Below the pieces are notes generated by a model. The model was not told where the DNA came from, ran no database searches, and saw nothing but the letters and a program-made list of their open reading frames with translations. Shown one piece after another: positions 24,030-31,574 of a DNA stretch of 44,413 nucleotides (its first letter is position 1; each line of letters starts with the position of its first letter). A program made the translations under genes and the position numbers. Location of the stretch: IMG/VR virus record IMGVR_UViG_3300044769_000018. One strand, given 5' to 3'. The stretch comes from a virus.

Positions 24030-25598
24030 ATGGCAAAGCTTATCGAATTGTGCAAGTATTGCGGACTACCCGCGATTGAAAAGAAGAAGACACAACTCAG
24101 CAAAGACTCATTCCTAATCAAATTGGAATGTGGTCACTCTTCCATCGTCAAGGTTAAGTACGTCTCACGCGATATCACGACGCGCACTGGCAAGAAGCCA
24201 TTTCCGTTTCAGTATCAGGGAATTGAATTCATCGAGCGTACATCCTTCCGATGCATCATCGCCGATGAAATGGGATTAGGGAAGACGATTCAAACGAACG
24301 TTGCCCTATTCCTGCATCCGGAAGTTATTCCCGTTTTGTTTCTCGTTAAGGCGGGCCTGCGTCGGCAATACGAAATTGAATTGTTCGATGTCACCGACGA
24401 CATCATGATTCAAACGATTGACTCATCGAAGGAAAAGGTATTCAAATTCCCTTGGAATATCATTTCCTACGACACGCTCGCCCGCATGAATTCGGACGAT
24501 GCAGCGAAGAAGTTCGCGCATATCAAAACAATCGTGCTTGATGAATGCCAATACATCAAGAATGAAGACGCAAAGCGTACGAACGCCGTAAGACTTTTGA
24601 TACAGAAAGTCGGCATTCAGAACATCATCGGCATGTCGGGCACGCCTATTAAGAATAAGGCAGACGAATTCTTCCCTATTCTGAATATGATTGCTCCAAC
24701 CAAGTTTCCGAGCAAGTACATCATGATGCGTCGTTACTTCGAATTCTGGACGGATGCGCAAGGCCAGTATCACATCATCCGTGCGAAGCCGGAGTTCTAC
24801 GATGCTTTGGATGGGATTATGATTAGACGAACAAGGGAAGAAGTCGCACCCGAATTGCCGACCATCCGTCGAGGTTTCTTTAACACCGAAATGGAGAATA
24901 AAGAATTGCGCCGCGCGTATGGCGACATTCAAAGGGAATTCGATGAATTCATGGATTCCAAAGACGGCGAGCCCAACGCATCGGACTATACGAATATCCT
25001 CGGATTCTTTGCGCGCATGCGTCGTATCACGGGCATGGCGAAAATCGGTCCCTGCGTCGAACACGTCACGGATTTTCTTCTTTCAACCGACAGGAAAATT
25101 GTCGTGTTCGGTCATCACAAAGAAACTCTTGATTCATTGAAGGAGGTTCTCGACACGTGGGCGAAGCAAGGCGGTTGGAATGAATGCCTGCACCTCAAGG
25201 CATCATTAGATGCCGACCAGCGTACCGATGTCGTGACCAAGTTCAGGGAAGACCCAAACTCCAGGATTCTCATCGCATCTACACTTGCATCAGGCGAAGG
25301 GCTCAATCTGCAGTTCTGTTCAGACGCGGTCATGCTTGAGCGCCAATGGAATCCAGCGAATGAAGAGCAGGCCGAAACACGCTTTACCCGCTTTGGTTCG
25401 ACAGCGGAACACGTCAACGTTACCTATATGATATCGGTCGGCACGATTGACGAATGGTTAACCGAGCTTGTGGAAAAGAAGCGTTCCTTGATTAGCAACG
25501 TTATCGACCGCGACGAGAACAATTGGGAAGAGTCTTCTTTGATGAAGGAGCTTGCATCGGCAATCTATGCGGGCGGAGGTAAACGATGGACATTCTAA
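24030..25598 (+). CDS. SNF2-family (SF2) helicase/translocase with N-terminal zinc finger
   Basis: CKYC...CGH, motif I DEMGLGKT, motif II VLDECQYIKN, motif III MSGTPIKNK, and motifs V-VI ASGEGLNLQ / RQWNPANEEQAETRFTRFG. Confidence 0.85.
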   Translation: MAKLIELCKYCGLPAIEKKKTQLSKDSFLIKLECGHSSIVKVKYVSRDITTRTGKKPFPFQYQGIEFIERTSFRCIIADEMGLGKTIQTNVALFLHPEVIPVLFLVKAGLRRQYEIELFDVTDDIMIQTIDSSKEKVFKFPWNIISYDTLARMNSDDAAKKFAHIKTIVLDECQYIKNEDAKRTNAVRLLIQKVGIQNIIGMSGTPIKNKADEFFPILNMIAPTKFPSKYIMMRRYFEFWTDAQGQYHIIRAKPEFYDALDGIMIRRTREEVAPELPTIRRGFFNTEMENKELRRAYGDIQREFDEFMDSKDGEPNASDYTNILGFFARMRRITGMAKIGPCVEHVTDFLLSTDRKIVVFGHHKETLDSLKEVLDTWAKQGGWNECLHLKASLDADQRTDVVTKFREDPNSRILIASTLASGEGLNLQFCSDAVMLERQWNPANEEQAETRFTRFGSTAEHVNVTYMISVGTIDEWLTELVEKKRSLISNVIDRDENNWEESSLMKELASAIYAGGGKRWTF

Positions 25599-25723
25599 TT
25601 CGTCTCGCGATTCTTTGCACGGTTACAATAGTGGCGTACTCAATTTATACAAACGAAATTGAGTACACCATTCCATCGTTCGCTTTGCTTATCGTGCTCG
25701 TCTACACTCTGTCAACGCTCTAG
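25586..25723 (+). CDS. Small two-TM membrane protein (45 aa)
   Basis: Below the track cutoff: MDILIRLAILCTVTIVAYSIYTNEIEYTIPSFALLIVLVYTLSTL*. It overlaps the helicase stop by 13 nt. Confidence 0.45.
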   Translation: MDILIRLAILCTVTIVAYSIYTNEIEYTIPSFALLIVLVYTLSTL

Positions 25724-25724
25724 G

Positions 25725-25961
25725 ATGCTAAAGATGAATGAAACTCAAGTTAATGAATCGCACAGGCTCGCCGTCTACATGGAGCATGAAGACGAAATGG
25801 TTTGTTTGTTCGCGGGCGAGATTGAGCGGACGGAAGGATTTCTCAAGTTCTGGAAACTCTATCGTCCATACACGAACATCGAAGTGCAAAAGCTTTCAAC
25901 GCTAGGCTCTAAGACAACTATCTACCGTGGCGAGGCGCGCGACTATACGCGAGGATTCTAG
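25725..25961 (+). CDS. Hypothetical protein (78 aa)
   Basis: Track ORF 25659.., trimmed to ATG 25725 directly after the preceding stop. Confidence 0.5.
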   Translation: MLKMNETQVNESHRLAVYMEHEDEMVCLFAGEIERTEGFLKFWKLYRPYTNIEVQKLSTLGSKTTIYRGEARDYTRGF

Positions 25962-25962
25962 A

Positions 25963-26151
25963 ATGAATCACTACCTAAGCTTCATCGTTGCTATTCTCAC
26001 GATTCCATACCGTGCTACGATAGCGGAACGTGTGAGGCTATCGACCATTTCAATGCCGACCATCTACCATTCGCGTGCGTGGCACGAATTCCAGGTTTTG
26101 AGCATCGCATCGTTCCACCTTGTCCTCGACATCGAAAGGTTTAGACAATGA
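25963..26151 (+). CDS. Hypothetical protein (62 aa); contains a CCAGGTTTT copy
   Basis: Track ORF 25927.., trimmed to ATG 25963. Coding status is uncertain. Confidence 0.35.
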   Translation: MNHYLSFIVAILTIPYRATIAERVRLSTISMPTIYHSRAWHEFQVLSIASFHLVLDIERFRQ

Positions 26152-26297
26152 AAATGAAGCTCTGCCCACACTGTGGTCGTCTGTCTGTCACGGTTCTGTA
26201 TCGTCCAGATTGGTACGCTAGGGACGTTAACAATATCGTTGGCGCAATGTGGATTGCGTGCAATTATTGCGCTACAGAGAATGCGCAGGATATCTAA
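26148..26297 (+). CDS. Small zinc-ribbon protein (49 aa), paralogue of 21007..21159
   Basis: MKMKLCPHCGRLSVTVLYRPDWYARDVNNIVGAMWIACNYCATENAQDI*. The start lies in the junction AGGTTTAGACAATG. Confidence 0.65.
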   Translation: MKMKLCPHCGRLSVTVLYRPDWYARDVNNIVGAMWIACNYCATENAQDI

Positions 26298-26310
26298 AAT
26301 CTTTAACCTA

Positions 26311-26328
26311 GCAAACGCCAGGTTTTGC
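26311..26328 (+). promoter_or_regulatory. Hairpin GCAAA / TTTGC with 8-nt loop CGCCAGGT, 14 nt after a stop codon
   Basis: The loop sequence is the same as in the 23080 hairpin. Confidence 0.45.
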
Positions 26329-26344
26329 GCCTCCCAAACAAACT

Positions 26345-26386
26345 AGCCCGCTGCCGATAACTAATCGGTTGCGGGCTTTGTCGTTT
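26345..26386 (+). terminator. Rho-independent terminator (two-tier stem)
   Basis: AGCCCGC-t-GCCGAT / aacta / ATCGGT-t-GCGGGCT, followed by TTGTCGTTT. Confidence 0.65.
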
Positions 26387-26406
26387 CTAATCGGGTCCGA
26401 CCCACA

Positions 26407-26464
26407 CCTGAGCCCGCAGGAACGGCCGGCATCCTGAGCCCGTAGGGTGAGCTAGCCCGAGCCC
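26407..26464. repeat. CCTGAGCCCG x2 plus variant CCCGAGCCCG
   Basis: Exact copies at 26407-26416 and 26433-26442. The variant is at 26455-26464. Confidence 0.9.
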
Positions 26465-26579
26465 GTATCGTGGCCTGTAGCCCGTCCTATTGCGTCCGAG
26501 CGCGTCCGCTCCCTGTTAGCCTGAGCTTCGACCTGCAAGCCCGAGGTAGACTGTCCACTTTTCTGGACATATTTTCCTC

Positions 26580-26609
26580 TTGTGGTAGCTAGGCGACCTA
26601 TGGTAAAAT
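26580..26609 (+). promoter_or_regulatory. Candidate promoter TTGTGG - 18 nt - TGgTAAAAT (extended -10)
   Basis: -35 at 26580-26585. TG at 26601-26602 and TAAAAT at 26604-26609. Confidence 0.4.
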
Positions 26610-26631
26610 CTGGCAGAGCCCACCATACCTA

Positions 26632-26644
26632 TGTAATTTTTACA
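26632..26644. promoter_or_regulatory. Operator-like palindrome TGTAA-TTT-TTACA just downstream of the 26580 promoter
   Basis: Third copy of the TGTAA-N3-TTACA site. It shares the left flank cctATGTAA with the 22403 copy. Confidence 0.5.
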
Positions 26645-26702
26645 CCCCCCTCACTTAGCTGTAAGAAACCACAACCGCAGAAAACCCAAAGAAAAGGACA
26701 CA

Positions 26703-26918
26703 ATGCAAATCCAGAAAAGAATCAAAGGATACACTCGACGCCCGTACGGAACAAAGGTCATCGATGAAATCGAGCACGCCATCGAAAAGGAATGCGCACG
26801 CTATAACGTTTCAAGAAGTTTCGTCATTGCGAATGCACTTGCTTTTGTCTTCAACATAAAGACCGAGAGCTACATCCCAAAGACCAGGAAAATCCTCCAA
26901 CTCAGGAAGCGCGCATGA
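26703..26918 (+). CDS. Ribbon-helix-helix (CopG/Arc-like) regulator candidate (71 aa)
   Basis: The pattern is strand-helix-helix: PYGTKVI / DEIEHAIEKECARYN / VSRSFVIANALAFVF. It is the first gene after the promoter/operator. Confidence 0.45.
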   Translation: MQIQKRIKGYTRRPYGTKVIDEIEHAIEKECARYNVSRSFVIANALAFVFNIKTESYIPKTRKILQLRKRA

Positions 26919-27160
26919 TTAACGTAAAGATTTACAAAGACAACGCGACCAATAAGTATTTACTCTCAAGCAATTGCATCACGTGCAAGCGTAACATCGT
27001 GGTAACGGTCGAGCCAATGGAGCTTTTTAATTTGCAGCGTGGCGTGCTCATTCAAAATGCTTTACCCAATGTTAATGAGGACCAACGTGAGTTCCTCATC
27101 TCAGGCATATGTGGAAAGTGTTTCGACAAGATGTTCGTGGAGCCAGACGATGAAGATTAG
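26915..27160 (+). CDS. Zinc-ribbon protein (81 aa)
   Basis: CITC...CGKC. ATGA-coupled to the RHH gene. Confidence 0.6.
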   Translation: MINVKIYKDNATNKYLLSSNCITCKRNIVVTVEPMELFNLQRGVLIQNALPNVNEDQREFLISGICGKCFDKMFVEPDDED

Positions 27161-27329
27161 CGTTAAAGTAACCATCAACGCACCGGAAACGTCTACCGAA
27201 CTTGAAGTAATTGAGTACGTTGAAGAAGCAATTAGATGCTGGCGCGGCTCATGGGCACCATCAAATCCTTTCTTTCAACTTGAAGATAAAGATTTTCAGG
27301 TAACGAAAGCAGATGGCACCGAAGATTGA
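27150..27329 (+). CDS. Hypothetical protein (59 aa)
   Basis: Internal ATG of track ORF 27039..27329 (MKISVKVTINAPE...). It overlaps the upstream stop. Confidence 0.5.
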   Translation: MKISVKVTINAPETSTELEVIEYVEEAIRCWRGSWAPSNPFFQLEDKDFQVTKADGTED

Positions 27330-27660
27330 ATTCGTTGAAGCGTGCAACACTTTAAGCGTAGCGATGCTTAATTATAAAGTCATTCATCGTTACGCTTTAA
27401 ACATTCCTTGGTCGTTCAAGTTTGAGAAACGTGCAAAGCAATACGACCCAGTGGAGATACTCTACATGCACGTCTTTGAAACTTCAACGCTCCCTGCATA
27501 CCACATCGCATTCAACAAGCTAGTCAAAAAAGGATACCCAATCGCAACTCTCCTCATCTTGATGCAGTTATCAAATGGCGTGTGGAAACGCTTCATCGGT
27601 AACGAATACGCAACGCATCGAGACACATTTCAAACTATCACAGGAATCTACGTTGACTAA
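27313..27660 (+). CDS. Hypothetical protein (115 aa)
   Basis: Track ORF. No motif recognised. Confidence 0.6.
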   Translation: MAPKIEFVEACNTLSVAMLNYKVIHRYALNIPWSFKFEKRAKQYDPVEILYMHVFETSTLPAYHIAFNKLVKKGYPIATLLILMQLSNGVWKRFIGNEYATHRDTFQTITGIYVD

Positions 27661-28525
27661 CTCACCTTCCACATCGACAAATGGAAAAGAAAAGCTCGTC
27701 ATCAGCATCGATTCTCAGGTGCTCGCCGGTATTCAAACGTGTAATCAACAGGCCGCGTATCGTTTCATCGATTCCATCGAACCAAGAGACTATTCGATGG
27801 AATCAATTCAGCTCGGCCTCGTTCTACATGAAGCAATGGCCGAGCATTACTCCACGTTTCATAAGCTGCCAAGTAACATTTTACGAAACAACGTTGCGAC
27901 TCGGATGGAAAGCTATGCAGCCGCTAAGACAATGCTTTCCCATTCGCAAGTCAACGCGCTCATCGACATCTATCGGCAGTACCAAGCGAAATACATCACA
28001 GAGGATTGGGTTGTTGAGCGAGATACGAACGACAATCCATTGGTGGAAAGTACGTTCGCTAAAACTCTGTATGAAGATGCTGAGATTCATATCCTATACA
28101 CGGGCATCACGGACCTTGTATTGAGGAAGCCATACCAAGTTCCAGTAGACCATAAATCGTTTGGCACATACTTCAAGCCAGCAATCATGAGCAACCAGTT
28201 TCATGGCTACATGTGGGCATTGAACTCACGCAACTTGATTATCAATCGCATCGGTGTGAAATCAAAAACAGGTACGTTCGAACGCATCGTTGTTACGAAA
28301 CCGTTAAGCTTAATCGAAGAATGGAAGAACGATGCGATTCGTGATATCCTCAGACATCTAGACATGATGCACGAGGGAAACTTTAGAAGGAATCGAGAAG
28401 CGTGTGGAATGTATGGCGGATGCAGATTCATTAACCTTTGTTCCGCTGAACCTTCTCATCGTTCCTATTTGATTGCGAACAACTACCAAGTCGTGCCCGT
28501 TTGGAATCCTTTGAACCGAGACTAA
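27653..28525 (+). CDS. PD-(D/E)xK nuclease of the Cas4/RecB-like type with Cys cluster
   Basis: Same frame as track ORF 27575..28525. I prefer the TTG at 27653, which has AGGA 7 nt upstream. Motifs are GITD...VDHK (D...DxK), an N-terminal Cys (QTCNQQ) and a C-terminal C-x5-C-x5-C (CGMYGGCRFINLC). Confidence 0.6.
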   Translation: MTNSPSTSTNGKEKLVISIDSQVLAGIQTCNQQAAYRFIDSIEPRDYSMESIQLGLVLHEAMAEHYSTFHKLPSNILRNNVATRMESYAAAKTMLSHSQVNALIDIYRQYQAKYITEDWVVERDTNDNPLVESTFAKTLYEDAEIHILYTGITDLVLRKPYQVPVDHKSFGTYFKPAIMSNQFHGYMWALNSRNLIINRIGVKSKTGTFERIVVTKPLSLIEEWKNDAIRDILRHLDMMHEGNFRRNREACGMYGGCRFINLCSAEPSHRSYLIANNYQVVPVWNPLNRD

Positions 28526-28530
28526 GCAAT

Positions 28531-28794
28531 ATGCAAAAACGAAACATTCCATTCGACCTCATCGCTAAGCCGATTCACATCACACTTGAGCCAGCGCACG
28601 TTGACGTGATTCAATCAATCTTCGAAGCGTTCTTCAGCTCGGCTCGTGTGATGGAGATAGATGTACCACGAGACATTAAACTAGACGCCGCGGCCGTACT
28701 GCACAAGATTATTGTCGAGTACGAACGGCAAATTGAGGAAGCGAACGATGCCCAGGAAGCGAGCAACCCACACGCACCAGTACAAAAAGGTTAA
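28531..28794 (+). CDS. Hypothetical protein (87 aa)
   Basis: Track ORF 28501.., trimmed to ATG 28531. Confidence 0.55.
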   Translation: MQKRNIPFDLIAKPIHITLEPAHVDVIQSIFEAFFSSARVMEIDVPRDIKLDAAAVLHKIIVEYERQIEEANDAQEASNPHAPVQKG

Positions 28795-29047
28795 GCTCAA
28801 GATTGCATATGTTTATCGTTGCATGCTATCAAATTGCAACCATTACATCATGCCTGAGTTTATCATGGGAAAGGAATCAGTATGCCCATCGTGCAATCAC
28901 GAGTTCGTGATAGACAAATACGCATCGATGCGCACGAATCCTATTTGCATCGACTGTCGAAAGGAGCATCCGACACCATTAACCAATTCATCAAAGCCGG
29001 ATTCCAATGTTATTGCAGACATCCTGAAACGGCATGGCGTACACTAG
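28748..29047 (+). CDS. Zinc-finger protein (start uncertain)
   Basis: Track ORF 28712..; the first ATG is at 28748. Cys pairs: CMLSNC...CPSC...CIDC. Confidence 0.5.
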   Translation: MPRKRATHTHQYKKVKLKIAYVYRCMLSNCNHYIMPEFIMGKESVCPSCNHEFVIDKYASMRTNPICIDCRKEHPTPLTNSSKPDSNVIADILKRHGVH

Positions 29048-29105
29048 ACAACAAACTCTATACCGAATGCCTCATCTGTGGTAAAGAAAGCAAAGGGATA
29101 AAGAT

Positions 29106-29243
29106 ATGAAACTCTTGAGCGATAGGATACAAGAGTTCATCGACTGGCTCGAACAATACACCGACTTTGATATGTGGCATCAAAGCGTTAAAGATGCAAC
29201 CCAACGTAAGCTCATCGAAGTGCTAACAGAAAAGGACAATTAA
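29106..29243 (+). CDS. Hypothetical small protein (45 aa)
   Basis: Below the track cutoff: MKLLSDRIQEFIDWLEQYTDFDMWHQSVKDATQRKLIEVLTEKDN*. It fills an otherwise empty gap. Confidence 0.45.
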   Translation: MKLLSDRIQEFIDWLEQYTDFDMWHQSVKDATQRKLIEVLTEKDN

Positions 29244-29244
29244 A

Positions 29245-29535
29245 ATGAAGCAGAAGATTGTTATCAGCATCGACCTCGTATGCGAACTCAGTTCAGCGGT
29301 CTACCTCGTGAATCAGATTCTCCAGGTTGCGAACATCGACTCGATTGATTCTTTGTACATGCGAGACGAGAAGTACAACACGTACATCAACATCTCCACG
29401 ATGAATCGTTTGCGCGACGAACTCAATCCTACACCTGCACCAAAGGTTGATGAAGCTAAAGAAAAGGAATCACTCGTGCTATCGATGTTTGAATCTGCGC
29501 ATGAGCAGAAGACTATCGAGGAAGGTAGTTTTTAA
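29245..29535 (+). CDS. Hypothetical protein (96 aa)
   Basis: Track ORF. It abuts the next gene's ATG. Confidence 0.6.
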   Translation: MKQKIVISIDLVCELSSAVYLVNQILQVANIDSIDSLYMRDEKYNTYINISTMNRLRDELNPTPAPKVDEAKEKESLVLSMFESAHEQKTIEEGSF

Positions 29536-30342
29536 ATGCCCAACATCGAAGACGCATTAGCGAAAGAAGAATTCTTAATGCTCTTCAAAGGCGAGGTAAG
29601 CAGTGGCAAATCAATCGCCGCTGCTTCCTTTCCTAACCCGTATGTGTTTGACATGGAGAGTAGGATACGTTCGGTTGCAGCGTATCACTTTCCACGTGGC
29701 AAGCGTGACTTATCGTACGATACGTACACGCGCGAGGATTATCCAAAGTTCGACAAACGTTGGGATGAGTTCATCGAATTGAGCAAGATGAAACGATTCC
29801 CTTACGATACAGTGATTGTTGATTCCCTTACATCGTGTGCAGACCTTTTGTTGCAGCACGTCATTAGACTAAAAGGTTTGGATGGTAAGGGAAAGAAGAT
29901 TGCTGGCATCGCGGTCAATAGCATCGAAGATTACAATGCTGAGACCGCTATGTTGACTGAGTTAGTCATGTTCCTCCAGCAAATTAAATGTAAGTACAAG
30001 ATTCTTGTCGCACACGTCATCAAGACTGAGAAAACAAATCTCAACGATGATTCAAGTGTAGTAACAAGACAGCTCTTGACCGGCGGAAAGAAAATAGCGG
30101 CGCGTATCCCGGGTTATTTTGACGAGATTTACCATTTCGAACAACGCTCGGTGGGTAACAAACCGCAATTCGTTGCACGCACGGTCAATTCTGGAGAAGA
30201 TTTCGCACGAACCACTCTCAAGCTGCCTAAAGAGATTGATTTCACGAATCGAAACTTCTTCGAGATTATCGAACCATCTATTCAGGAGGTGATGAACCTA
30301 GGCAAATTAAACGTCGTACCTATCAACCAAGCACCAAAGTAA
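29536..30342 (+). CDS. AAA_24 / Sak4-like RecA-fold ATPase
   Basis: Walker A FKGEVSSGKS and Walker B TVIVDSLT, 268 aa. It is followed by a DUF669-like gene, the usual pairing. Confidence 0.6.
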   Translation: MPNIEDALAKEEFLMLFKGEVSSGKSIAAASFPNPYVFDMESRIRSVAAYHFPRGKRDLSYDTYTREDYPKFDKRWDEFIELSKMKRFPYDTVIVDSLTSCADLLLQHVIRLKGLDGKGKKIAGIAVNSIEDYNAETAMLTELVMFLQQIKCKYKILVAHVIKTEKTNLNDDSSVVTRQLLTGGKKIAARIPGYFDEIYHFEQRSVGNKPQFVARTVNSGEDFARTTLKLPKEIDFTNRNFFEIIEPSIQEVMNLGKLNVVPINQAPK

Positions 30343-30347
30343 AACGT

Positions 30348-30824
30348 ATGGGCTCATGGGCTAGAGATGCTAGGCTACTGAGAACTCCACACGAAACCGC
30401 AAGAGAACGAAAGAAGGCAAGAGAAATGGCATTCACGTATTCGAAGGAAGACATTTCGCGCACTCGCCTCGTTGATTCACCGACGTGGCTTCCAGTTCGT
30501 ATCACGAACTATCAGGAAAAGATTGCGAAGTCCGACAAGCGTGCGGGAGCAATCAATCACGTCATTACCGTCAAGGTTGAGGAAGCCGGTAATGAATACG
30601 AAGGACTCGTCCACGACCAGACGTTTCCGGAGGAGTATCCATCGCTCGCGTTTGATTTCCTGAATGCAATGGGAGTCAATCTCGACAAGGACGGTGGTAT
30701 CGTTCGGTTCGAAGAGTTCAAGGGCAAGGATGTTTTCGTTTGCCTCGGCCCCGGAACGTACAACAACAAGCCAAACAATCAGGTGCTCGGTTGGCGCCCG
30801 ATTGATTGGTCGCCGAACTCGTAG
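30348..30824 (+). CDS. DUF669-like protein (possible ssDNA-binding partner of the AAA_24 ATPase); alternative start at 30426
   Basis: The pattern WLPVRITNYQEKIAKSDK..INHVITVKVEE..YEG....FKGKDVFVCLGPGTYNNKPNNQV fits my recollection of DUF669. The call also rests on synteny. Confidence 0.45.
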   Translation: MGSWARDARLLRTPHETARERKKAREMAFTYSKEDISRTRLVDSPTWLPVRITNYQEKIAKSDKRAGAINHVITVKVEEAGNEYEGLVHDQTFPEEYPSLAFDFLNAMGVNLDKDGGIVRFEEFKGKDVFVCLGPGTYNNKPNNQVLGWRPIDWSPNS

Positions 30825-30952
30825 TTTGAAACTCCGGGCTAATACTATTTTCATGGTTGAGTAGTATTAGTTCTTTCGACCGTGTGGCCCCGAGCGGTGG
30901 AGATTCGGGGCACTTGTTAGCAATTGCTCGCAGGCGCAGGTAAAACTTTGGT

Positions 30953-31011
30953 TAGACTAGGGTGTTGCGTTATGACTCCCATTCATAGCGCAACATATCG
31001 GCCCTAGTCTA
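30953..31011 (+). ncRNA. Long imperfect hairpin (about 23 bp of stem) immediately upstream of the tRNA; function unknown
   Basis: TAGACTAGGG+TGTTGCGTTATGA (30953-30975) pairs with TCATAGCGCAACA (30983-30995) and CCCTAGTCTA (31002-31011). There is one G.U, a 6-nt bulge and a 7-nt loop. Confidence 0.4.
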
Positions 31012-31023
31012 GCCATTCTTTAT

Positions 31024-31100
31024 GCCCTCGTAGCCCAATCGGCAGAGGCACTGGACTTAAAATCCATTAAGTGTCGGTTCGAATCCGACCGAGGGCACCA
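31024..31100 (+). tRNA. tRNA with anticodon UAA (would read Leu UUA/UUG) but a short 5-nt variable loop; encoded CCA
   Basis: Hand fold. Acceptor GCCCTCG/CGAGGGC; T arm GTCGG-TTCGAAT-CCGAC; anticodon arm CTGGA-CTTAAAA-TCCAT (one C-U mismatch); discriminator A; 3' CCA. Confidence 0.8.
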
Positions 31101-31108
31101 CCATCGCT

Positions 31109-31372
31109 ATGAAAACATGGAACCTACGCAACGGTTCAACCATCAATTTCGTTGGAGATGAAATGGATAATGATTACATGGGCATCGAACGTGGTGCGTA
31201 TGCATCACAGGGAGCCTTAGTTCATAAGGAACAACCCATTCGCGTTCAGCTTGCGAATCAGCTTGCAATGTACGATAAGGAAACCGACCGTATCGCCAAG
31301 ATGATTAAGCTGCTCGACGAGAATCCTGCCATCGAACAGTTCATCAATCTCCAGCGTGGTTATACTGACTGA
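31109..31372 (+). CDS. Hypothetical protein (87 aa)
   Basis: Track ORF. No clear SD. Confidence 0.5.
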   Translation: MKTWNLRNGSTINFVGDEMDNDYMGIERGAYASQGALVHKEQPIRVQLANQLAMYDKETDRIAKMIKLLDENPAIEQFINLQRGYTD

Positions 31373-31379
31373 GTAGAGT

Positions 31380-31574
31380 ATGAACGAACTCGGATTAAAG
31401 ATTGCAATCGCGCAGCACATTAGTAAGCTGCGCGAACTCGCAAAGGATGCGGAAGATTTTACAATCCGATTGCAAGCTGCCGCATCCGAACTAGAACACC
31501 GTTACAGATTACTAAGGGAGCAGACGAATGACGACACACGTATTGACGGACGAACAAAAGAAAGCAGTCGCTGA
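31380..31574 (+). CDS. Hypothetical helical protein (64 aa)
   Basis: Track ORF. Confidence 0.5.
   Translation: MNELGLKIAIAQHISKLRELAKDAEDFTIRLQAAASELEHRYRLLREQTNDDTRIDGRTKESSR

Noticed and set aside
24423-25064. 213-aa minus-strand ORF inside the SNF2 gene (and 25115..25417 minus)
   Set aside because: It is antisense to a gene with a complete, ordered set of helicase motifs and has no independent signals.
26703-27160. RHH gene plus downstream 81-aa gene as a toxin-antitoxin pair or lysogeny module
   Set aside because: The downstream protein is a zinc-ribbon protein with no toxin-like motif. I recognised no integrase, excisionase, CI/Cro-like pair or att-like site, so a lytic-cycle regulator is more likely.
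31024-31100. Suppressor tRNA / stop-codon reassignment
   Set aside because: The anticodon reads 5'-UAA-3', which pairs with the UUA Leu codon, not with a stop codon. All large genes are intact in the standard code with no in-frame stops.
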